Assembly: GCA_019638625.1 (NCBI GenBank)
Contig: JAHBTK010000001.1
Span: forward strand, 237,434 to 301,433
From: Chitinophagaceae bacterium
GTDB lineage: Bacteria > Bacteroidota > Bacteroidia > Chitinophagales > Chitinophagaceae
Reading direction: 5' to 3'
Length of the DNA: 64,000 nt
Part shown: positions 17,674-24,851 of the stretch, in pieces
Numbering within the stretch: the stretch's first letter is position 1
How the letters are laid out: each line of letters begins with the position of its first letter
Position numbers and translations under genes: made by a program
The notes under the pieces: generated by a model
Seen by the model: only the letters and a program-made list of their open reading frames with translations
Told to the model about the DNA's origin: nothing
The model's database searches: none

Positions 17674-18447
17674 TTAAGTAGATGAAAACAGAAGGGCTGT
17701 CAGTCTGTCCCAAACAGGGTGAAAAGGCAAAGTGTAGTACAGGGTTACTCCCGCCAAATGTACGGCAAGTACCGTGATAGTCGGCCACAGCGGTAGCTTC
17801 CTTGTATGATGAAATATCAGCAGGGCGCTAAACATGAGGAATACGAAACCATACGTAAAATTTTCCGCTACTGCATTGAACTTCCATCCGAGAGCATCAC
17901 AGATATGCCCGATAAGCCGGTCGCCGGCAGGTCCCAGAATGGTCAGGGCGGCAGCCAGCATAAAAATGGCGTGGGCGTAGGTCTTTTTTCGGAAGACAAT
18001 TCCCAAAACATAATATACGAGCAGCCAGATAAAATATACGCTTCCGATGACCACGAAATCAGCCGCTTTTGTCATTGCGTCCGCTCCTTCAGGGTAATAT
18101 TCGGCTGGAGCTACCACGTTTCCTCCAAGTACCCTCATATAGCCATGACGTAGCACAAAGTAACCAACCAGCAGAATGGCCGGCACCAGCGCATAGCTGA
18201 ATCTGCCGATACGCTTGTGCCATTCGATTTTGTTGGCTTTGATAAGCCAGGGTTGAATGATGGCAGTAGCCAGCCATAGAACCATCAAAGCCCCGTGGAT
18301 GTGAATTATAAAGGGGGCTTTAAATGTAGAATAGTAGCTTGGATAGAACCCGAAGAAAGTAATGGGAATAAGTAGCAAAAGCACCCAGGTAGTGTTTGGT
18401 AAAAGTACTTTGTCAATAATACCCTGCCTGGCTTTTTGTTTGCTCAT
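17674..18447 (-). CDS. Multi-pass membrane protein (paralog of 17033..17662)
   Basis: The 257-aa ORF has about seven hydrophobic helices. Its conserved His-containing segment is IIHIHGALMVLWLATAIIQPWLIKANKIEWHKRIG. Confidence 0.72.
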   Translation of the reverse strand: MSKQKARQGIIDKVLLPNTTWVLLLLIPITFFGFYPSYYSTFKAPFIIHIHGALMVLWLATAIIQPWLIKANKIEWHKRIGRFSYALVPAILLVGYFVLRHGYMRVLGGNVVAPAEYYPEGADAMTKAADFVVIGSVYFIWLLVYYVLGIVFRKKTYAHAIFMLAAALTILGPAGDRLIGHICDALGWKFNAVAENFTYGFVFLMFSALLIFHHTRKLPLWPTITVLAVHLAGVTLYYTLPFHPVWDRLTALLFSST

Positions 18448-18674
18448 TTTATGTTTTTAGTCAGTTCATATAAAACTTTTAAAAGTTAACGCAAGGAACT
18501 TGTCCAAAAGTAGTCCAATGTGATAAGCAGTTGATTTCTGTCGGTTTCTTATGGTTCAACTCGTAAATTTATGTTATTATGCGCACTTTACATGCATTGA
18601 TAATCAATGGTTTAATGTTGTGAATTTTGTATTGTTGTTAGCACAATCCAATCTGCAATGTCCGTGTATAAACA

Positions 18675-19145
18675 TTTTTTGCCTCTGGTCGGTGTTGTCA
18701 CCGACCAGCAGGTGTCTGTTTTATATATGCTCCGCATAATGTGTTATAAAGCCCCAATCATCTTCATTCAACTCGTAATATTTTGCCGGCGGATATTTAT
18801 AGTCTGCCGCAAATTCGCACAACCCGGCTTTCACCGGGTTTAAATGCATATAGCCCAACTTTTGTTCTGCCGTTTTACGATTGTACATGGTAGCCTTGTA
18901 AGGTCGTCTTTCCCAAAGGTGACAGGAGCGGTCTTGCTGAGTGCTTACACAATTTTCAGGCTCTTGTTCATTGCCGCTATCGATCAGATTAAACTTCATC
19001 TGTTTATGTCTATCCATAAGCAACAGGTTTTGCCAGTTAAGGCAGGTGGCGGTAAAAAAATCCATTCTGTTTTCCATAAGCAAAACAATTACTCGAAATT
19101 AAGACTATACTCGGTTCGGTGACAACACCGACCGCAGGCACAAAT
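18675..19145 (-). mobile_element. E3: internally deleted copy of the RAYT/IS200-like element (about 471 bp)
   Basis: The left hairpin CTGGTCGGTG-ttgt-CACCGACCAG lies at 18685-18708. The right hairpin CGGTTCGGTG-acaa-CACCGACCG lies at 19112-19134 and is followed by CAGGCACAAAT. The ORF 18721..19083(-) joins the transposase N-terminus (FFTATCLNWQNLLLMDRHKQ) directly to MKFNLID...QKLGYMHLNPVKAGLCEFAADYKYPPAKYYELNEDDWGFITHYAEHI, so the HUH core is missing. Confidence 0.85.
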
Positions 19146-19177
19146 ATTACCAGATGTTTTGTTGTCAAGCAGTACGC

Positions 19178-19909
19178 TTATTTTCGAACAAACTGGTCAA
19201 GGTTTTTGTCAATATATTCAACTACCGTCTTGTAATAAATTTTTTTGAAGTCGTCAGTGTAAAAGTAATCTTCAATGACTTTTACAGATTTTATGTCAGA
19301 GTAACCCTCTTGAAATGATTTTGCCTTTTCCTCCCAACTAAATTGAGGGTCATTAAATATATCTTTCCTTTTACCATAACTGTCAGTACTCCCAATAAAT
19401 TCATTAAGGCATTTTTCATAGTCTTTAGCAAGTGTGTCAAGTTTTAGTTCTTTAAAAGCCTCAAGAGTTGCAAAGCAAAATTCAGGTCTATTAAAGAAGA
19501 ATTGGTAAACTCCGCCATTGTCAGTGTCACCGCCAAAGACTAAAACTGAGTAAAATACTTTCTGTCCTCTTGTGAGTTTATTGAAAAAGTCATGGTCTGA
19601 TTTTGTTTGATCCTTTGCTAATGCTGGTAATGTGTCAAACAGGTTATACATATACTCCCAAAACCGATTGTCATAAGTTCCGAAATTGTCCCATGAATAT
19701 TTTTTATCCAACTCGTCAAACCAATGTTTGTTATAAGCAGGTGCAAAAAATAACTCTGTTTGATTTCCGTCATTTATGCTGTAAAAGTCTGGTGGCGTCT
19801 GTGCTGTATTTTCGGTCCCTTTGGAAGTTCTTTTTAAATACTTGTATAGAATTATTCCTCCTGCAATAACAAGAATAAGAAGAACTTTAACTGTTAGTGA
19901 TGTAGTCAT
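19178..19909 (-). CDS. DUF4375 / DMP19-like domain protein with an N-terminal TM anchor
   Basis: The 243-aa ORF has an N-terminal TM segment (LTVKVLLILVIAGGIILY). The motif LTRGQKVFYSVLVFGGDTDNGGVYQFFFN resembles the NGGFxQFFxN core of the DUF4375 (DNA-mimic DMP19) family. The gene is AT-rich. Confidence 0.7.
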   Translation of the reverse strand: MTTSLTVKVLLILVIAGGIILYKYLKRTSKGTENTAQTPPDFYSINDGNQTELFFAPAYNKHWFDELDKKYSWDNFGTYDNRFWEYMYNLFDTLPALAKDQTKSDHDFFNKLTRGQKVFYSVLVFGGDTDNGGVYQFFFNRPEFCFATLEAFKELKLDTLAKDYEKCLNEFIGSTDSYGKRKDIFNDPQFSWEEKAKSFQEGYSDIKSVKVIEDYFYTDDFKKIYYKTVVEYIDKNLDQFVRK

Positions 19910-19927
19910 AAAATTTCAACGGTTGAG

Positions 19928-20055
19928 CATTTGTGCTTGTGACGGAATTTGAAATCCGTCTGCCCAGAGCAAATGCTGATTAAAGAAGGTGAAGCTGAGA
20001 CGGTGTTATCCCTGCCCGTCCGGTCAGGAGGGTGTCCGTCGACATAGCACAAATG
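19928..20055. mobile_element. E4: 128-bp miniature inverted-repeat element related to the E1-E3 termini
   Basis: The left end CATTTGTGCTTGTGACGG and the reverse complement of the right end, CATTTGTGCTATGTCGACGG, form roughly 18/20 terminal inverted repeats. Both share the ATTTGTGCYTG tag found at the E1-E3 right ends. An internal hairpin GACGGA-atttgaaa-TCCGTC is present. Confidence 0.6.
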
Positions 20056-20078
20056 TACATGTTGTATGCCGTACTGGT

Positions 20079-20669
20079 TCATTTGAGACGCTGATGAATA
20101 TCTTTTAAAGCGATTGTTGCCGCATTGCTACAATCATTTTTGAGTCTTGTCAAAATAGTTACTGCTGCAATTGTTGGCGTTGTTTCAAAATATTTTTTTG
20201 CCCAGGATTTGTCAGCTTGAATTTCCCCAAAAATCTGAAATGTCCCGTTAATAGTTGCTTTAGTTGAAGTATCTACTGAATATGAATTGATGCTATGGTA
20301 AACACTCAATAAGTTTTCTGTCAAGTCACTTTCTGTTTTTGTATTGAAAAGAAGTTTTGTCGCTAAATCAAGGTTTGTCCCTGTTGTGTCCTTTTTGAGC
20401 ATTACTTGCTTTAAACTGTCTAAAAAGCTACAAGTTTTAGTTGTTCTAAAATATATTGTGTCAGCTCTTGTAGTTAAATCCTTATTGTTATTTCGTTTTA
20501 AAACTATTTGGTTGTAAATATTCTCTAACGAATTATTTAAAACTTCATTTGACGTTTCTAACGACTTGTCAACCTTGTTAAAAGCGTCTTTTATTTGGTC
20601 TGATGGTGATTGACAGGTTGTCAAAAGTAACAATGAAAAAGAAAGAAGAATAAGCCGCTGTAATTTCAT
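20079..20669 (-). CDS. Lipoprotein with a GldM N-terminal-like domain
   Basis: I chose the internal start MKLQRLILLSFSLLLLTTC because it gives a lipobox Cys. The C-terminal YFETTPTIAAVTILTRLKNDCSNAATIALKDI resembles the GldM_N segment NFEGFPYIASVAKLSMMQSDIRATEQEV as I recall it. The gene is AT-rich. Confidence 0.65.
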   Translation of the reverse strand: MKLQRLILLSFSLLLLTTCQSPSDQIKDAFNKVDKSLETSNEVLNNSLENIYNQIVLKRNNNKDLTTRADTIYFRTTKTCSFLDSLKQVMLKKDTTGTNLDLATKLLFNTKTESDLTENLLSVYHSINSYSVDTSTKATINGTFQIFGEIQADKSWAKKYFETTPTIAAVTILTRLKNDCSNAATIALKDIHQRLK

Positions 20670-21267
20670 TGGAAGTCCGTTTAGTATGGCTTGCAACGTT
20701 TGTAGTACTGCTATTATACGCAATTATTTTAAAAAACAGAAATTATAACTCATTCGAAATTAACTTTTGGGTATTATACATTTTGTGCTTGCTTACCGGC
20801 AGGCAGGTTGTTGATTACGCCAATACAACTGGTGTAATCCGTGTATAAACGTTTCTACACAGCTTTCCGGGCATGGCTTCGCCTCCTCAGTCCCAAACCT
20901 ATTTTGAAGCTGCCGGCAAAAGCCGGGATATACAAAGGCATTTCACCAGGTAACTCCTGTTTTATAAAAGCGACTGAAATGCTGATACCGGGAACCGGGC
21001 ACAGCAGCGGGTGATTTACAGAATGAAGGATTAAAAGCTATTTGAAAATAAATGATTTTTTGATTTCCGGCAAACGAAACGTTACGGATTCTGGTCAATG
21101 AATGCAAAAAGCTGCCCGGCAACCTTTTGAACTCCCTACCGGCTATATGCCTGAACCCGACCTCCCGGTCAACCCCAAAATGGTAACCGGACTACATTGC
21201 TAACATTCAATTCACGTACCGAAACCCTAATACCGAAAATTGTACATTTGCATAAAGCGCAAGCGGC

Positions 21268-23049
21268 ATGGAAAATTTTATAGTTTCGGCAAGAAAGTAC
21301 CGTCCCCAGACCTTTGATACGGTAGTAGGTCAGTCTCATATCACCACCACACTGAAGAACGCGATCAGGAGCAATCAACTGGCGCACGCGTTTTTGTTTT
21401 GCGGTCCCCGGGGAGTAGGCAAAACCACCTGTGCGCGGATACTGGCCAAAACCATCAATTGCGAAAACCTGAAAGAAGACGGGGAGGCATGCGATACCTG
21501 TACCTCCTGCAAGACCTTCAACGAAGGTACTTCGCTGAACATACACGAACTGGATGCCGCCAGTAACAACTCGGTGGACGATATCCGTACCCTGACTGAG
21601 CAGGTGCGGTTTGCGCCGCAGGCGGGTAAATACAAAGTGTATATCATAGACGAGGTGCATATGCTCAGTTCCGCGGCTTTTAATGCCTTTTTAAAAACAC
21701 TGGAAGAGCCGCCTTCCTATGCTATTTTTATACTGGCCACTACGGAAAAGCATAAGATACTGCCTACCATCTTGTCCCGCTGCCAGATCTTTGATTTTAA
21801 ACGCATCAACACGAATGATACGGTAGAACACCTCCGAGAGATCACCGAAAAGGAGCATATAAAAGCGGATAAAGTAGCCCTGCAGGTGATCGCCCAAAAA
21901 AGTGAGGGCTGTATGCGGGATGCCCTGAGCATCCTGGATAAGATCGTAAGTTTTACCAACGGAGAACTCACTTACAGCAATACCCTGGAGCACCTGAACA
22001 TCCTGGATGCGGACTACTATTTTAAGCTGGTGGACGCTATGCTGGACCAGGATCTGGGGCAGGCCATGCTGTTATACGACGATATCAACCGGAAAGGTTT
22101 TGAAGGAGATATGGTACTGAACGGGCTGGCGGAGTTTATAAGGAACCTGCTGGTGTGCAAAGACCCTAAAGTAGCCGGGCTGCTGGAAGTAGTGGAAGGA
22201 TTTAAAGACCGCTATGTAGCTACCGCGGCTAAAATTTCCCCTTCCTGGATGATCAGCGCCCTGAACATCCTGAACGAGGCGGAAATAAACTATAAGGGAG
22301 CCAGGAACAAGAAACTGCATGTGGAACTGGTGCTTGTCAAACTGTCCTACCTGAGCCAGGCGGTGGAACTGGTAAGCGACTCCGGCATTTCAAAAAAAAA
22401 ACTGACTGATACAAAGCCGGTCGCTTTCCGGCAAATTCAGCCGCTGGCACTGAAAGAGAATAAGGCGCCCCAACAAAAGACCGAAGTAAAAAGTACGGAA
22501 GCAAAGCTTACCCTGGCTGATAAAGTAATGATTCCGGAGACGCCGAAACAGGTAACGGCATCCGTTACCGAAACAAAAAAGGAAGATAAACCGGCGCCTA
22601 CACTGGGCGCCCTGCTGAAGATCCGCAAACAGGTGGCGGAAGAAAAACTATCCTCCAGCAATGAGCCGGTGCCGCTTACGGAAGAAAAGCTGGCGGAGGG
22701 CTGGAGGCGGTATATAGAAAAGCTGTCTGACCAGAAAAATCATTCTGCCGTTACCAATTTCCGGCTGGCGAAGTTGCGGGTAAACGATGAAAAGAGCTTT
22801 GAGATAGTGGTGGAAAGTAATATCCAGCAAAAATTTGTTGAACAGGAAAGGGCGGCGCTGGTTGATCACTTGCAATATTTTTTTAATAATAAGTCTTTGT
22901 CATATGTTATCCGGCTGGAGGAAGGAGAACAGCCTGTTCAAGTTGGCGAACCGGTGCTGAGCAGCCGGGAACAATACCTTAAACTAATTGAGGAATACCC
23001 CCTGATTAAAGAGTTGAGAGATAGATTGAAAATGGAGCTGGACTATTAA
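21268..23049 (+). CDS. dnaX: DNA polymerase III subunit gamma/tau
   Basis: The 593-aa ORF begins MENFIVSARKYRPQTFDTVVGQSHI and contains the P-loop FCGPRGVGKTT, the zinc module CDTCTSC, and DEVHMLS and SRCQIFDF. Confidence 0.97.
   Translation: MENFIVSARKYRPQTFDTVVGQSHITTTLKNAIRSNQLAHAFLFCGPRGVGKTTCARILAKTINCENLKEDGEACDTCTSCKTFNEGTSLNIHELDAASNNSVDDIRTLTEQVRFAPQAGKYKVYIIDEVHMLSSAAFNAFLKTLEEPPSYAIFILATTEKHKILPTILSRCQIFDFKRINTNDTVEHLREITEKEHIKADKVALQVIAQKSEGCMRDALSILDKIVSFTNGELTYSNTLEHLNILDADYYFKLVDAMLDQDLGQAMLLYDDINRKGFEGDMVLNGLAEFIRNLLVCKDPKVAGLLEVVEGFKDRYVATAAKISPSWMISALNILNEAEINYKGARNKKLHVELVLVKLSYLSQAVELVSDSGISKKKLTDTKPVAFRQIQPLALKENKAPQQKTEVKSTEAKLTLADKVMIPETPKQVTASVTETKKEDKPAPTLGALLKIRKQVAEEKLSSSNEPVPLTEEKLAEGWRRYIEKLSDQKNHSAVTNFRLAKLRVNDEKSFEIVVESNIQQKFVEQERAALVDHLQYFFNNKSLSYVIRLEEGEQPVQVGEPVLSSREQYLKLIEEYPLIKELRDRLKMELDY
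22392..22401 (+). promoter_or_regulatory. A10 homopolymer (candidate slippage/frameshift site) inside dnaX
   Basis: The sequence is TCA AAA AAA AAA CTG ACT GAT. The +1 frame reads AAC TGA and the -1 frame reads ACT GAC TGA. The site is at codons 375-378, just after the clamp-loader core. Confidence 0.5.
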
Positions 23050-23127
23050 AAGACTGCAGCTTTTCATTTGCAGTTTTTGCATTAATTTCGACCTTCCAAA
23101 ACACATCTTAAAATTAAATAGTATATA

Positions 23128-24747
23128 ATGGCTGAAGTCATAAAAATGCCGAGAATGAGCGACACCATGACAGAGGGAGTGATAGCTGAATGGCACAAGA
23201 AGGTAGGGGATAAGGTAAAGCCCGGAGATTTGCTGGCAGAAATAGAAACAGATAAGGCGACCATGGAATTTGAAAGCTATAACGAGGGTACCTTACTGTA
23301 TATAGGTGTGGAAAAGGGGAAGGCTGCTAAAGTGGATGATGTGATCGCTGTGGTAGGAAATGAAGGAGAAGATTATAAGGAGCTTTTATCCGGCGCCCCG
23401 TCTGCTGCTCAGGCGGCGGAACCGGCTAAAGAAGAAGCGCCGGCGCAGCAGGAGTCAGCAGGACCCGTTGTTACTCCTGAAGAATTAGGGGTAACAGTGA
23501 TCAGGATGCCGCTGCTGAGCGATACTATGACAGAGGGAAAAATAGTGCAGTGGAATAAAAATGTAGGAGATAAGGTGAAGAGTGACGATAACCTGGCAGA
23601 TGTGGAAACAGACAAGGCTACCATGGAAGTGGTGGGCTACACAGACGGTACCTTATTACATATAGGTGTGCCGGCAGGAGAGGCCGCTAAGGTGAATGAT
23701 GTGATAGCGATCATTGGTAAAGAGGGTACCGATGTAAGTGGTTTGGTTGCTTCGCTTAAAAGCGGGGGTAGCGGGTCCAAAGGAGCGCCCGCGGCGAAAA
23801 GTACAGAAGCCGCACAACCCGTAGCTCCTGCAGAATCTCAGGAAACAGGTCCAACCGCAGGGTCCAACGGAAGGGTTAAGGCGTCTCCGCTGGCTAAGAA
23901 AATAGCGCAGGAAAAAGGCATCGACCTGAAAGCCGTGCAGGGATCGGGAGACGGCGGAAGAATTATTAAAAAAGACATTGACAATTATACACCTTCTGCC
24001 GCACCCGCTGCTGCAGGAAAAGAAACAGGCGCCGCGGTTGCCGCTTTTCAACCTGCCTCGGATGCCGAAGGCTATACTGATATCAGCCTCAGCCAGATGC
24101 GGAAGGTAATAGCGCGTCGCCTGGGTGAAAGTAAGTTCTCTGCCCCGCATTTCTATCTTACCATGGAAATTGTAATGGACAATGCCATGGCTGCCCGTGC
24201 GCAGATGAATGAAATAAGCCCGGTAAAGATCAGCTTTAACGATATGGTGGTGAAAGCCGCCGCCCTGGCATTGCGTAAGCACCCGGCGGTTAACAGTAGC
24301 TGGATGAACGAAAGTATCCGCCAGTGGCATCATATACATGTTGGCATCGCGGTGGCCATTGAAGACGGACTGATCGTGCCTGTGGTGAAATTTGCCGACC
24401 AGAAAACGTTGAGCCAGATTGCCGCGGAAAGCAAGGAACTGAGCGGTAAGGCAAGAAACAAGAAATTGCAGCCGAATGAATTCAGCGGCAATACATTCAC
24501 TATTTCCAATCTTGGTATGATGGATATTGATTCATTTACCGCTATTATCAATCCGCCCGACAGCGCTATCATGGCGGTTGGACGGATCAAAGAAGTGGTG
24601 GTGAAAAAAGGCGACGGTTTCGGTGTGAGTAATGTAATGACCATTACACTGAGTTGCGACCACAGAAGCATTGATGGCGCCGTGGGAGCATCTTTCCTGC
24701 AGACTTTCAAAAAGTACATGGAAAACCCGGTGACCATGCTGGTGTAG
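23128..24747 (+). CDS. 2-oxoacid (pyruvate) dehydrogenase complex E2 dihydrolipoamide acyltransferase with two lipoyl domains
   Basis: The 539-aa ORF has two lipoyl-lysine motifs (ETDKATME at two positions) and Ala/Pro-rich linkers. It also has an E3-binding segment (ASPLAKKIAQEKGIDL) and the catalytic motif SCDHRSIDGA. Confidence 0.95.
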   Translation: MAEVIKMPRMSDTMTEGVIAEWHKKVGDKVKPGDLLAEIETDKATMEFESYNEGTLLYIGVEKGKAAKVDDVIAVVGNEGEDYKELLSGAPSAAQAAEPAKEEAPAQQESAGPVVTPEELGVTVIRMPLLSDTMTEGKIVQWNKNVGDKVKSDDNLADVETDKATMEVVGYTDGTLLHIGVPAGEAAKVNDVIAIIGKEGTDVSGLVASLKSGGSGSKGAPAAKSTEAAQPVAPAESQETGPTAGSNGRVKASPLAKKIAQEKGIDLKAVQGSGDGGRIIKKDIDNYTPSAAPAAAGKETGAAVAAFQPASDAEGYTDISLSQMRKVIARRLGESKFSAPHFYLTMEIVMDNAMAARAQMNEISPVKISFNDMVVKAAALALRKHPAVNSSWMNESIRQWHHIHVGIAVAIEDGLIVPVVKFADQKTLSQIAAESKELSGKARNKKLQPNEFSGNTFTISNLGMMDIDSFTAIINPPDSAIMAVGRIKEVVVKKGDGFGVSNVMTITLSCDHRSIDGAVGASFLQTFKKYMENPVTMLV

Positions 24748-24851
24748 GGAAATGTGGAAGTGTGAAAATATGGAAATTTGCCAGGTAGAGGGGAATTTGA
24801 AAATGTGGAGAATGGATGTTCATGAAACCATCAAACTAAAACAAATACAAA

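Noticed and set aside
19921-20060. Reading the 128-bp inverted-repeat spacer between the two low-GC genes as an integron attC site (GTTGAGC resembles the GTTRRRY core).
   Set aside because: - No integron integrase or attI is present in the window.
- The opposite core (RYYYAAC) is not matched.
- The ends are clearly related to the termini of the HUH-transposon relics, which explains them better.
20981-21005. A possible SRP (4.5S) RNA upstream of dnaX: the hairpin GCTG-ata-CCGG-gaa-CCGG-gca-CAGC followed by AGCAGC.
   Set aside because: - ffs-dnaX synteny exists in some bacteria, and the AGCAGC/GGAA elements looked reminiscent.
- However, the conserved domain IV loops are not present (the GGAA tetraloop closed by UCC/GGA, and the AGG/AGCA symmetric loop).
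- No extended helix could be drawn either.
23656-24339. Long antisense ORFs inside well-supported genes. Examples are 21169..21660, 23656..24339, 31771..32376, 33206..33709, 35392..35823, 36921..37433, 38372..38908, 42473..42964, 43123..43605, 48912..49706 and 62214..62681.
   Set aside because: - Each lies opposite a gene with clear family motifs.
- Their translations are low-complexity or rich in Arg, Ser and Cys with no recognisable domains, which is typical of shadow ORFs.
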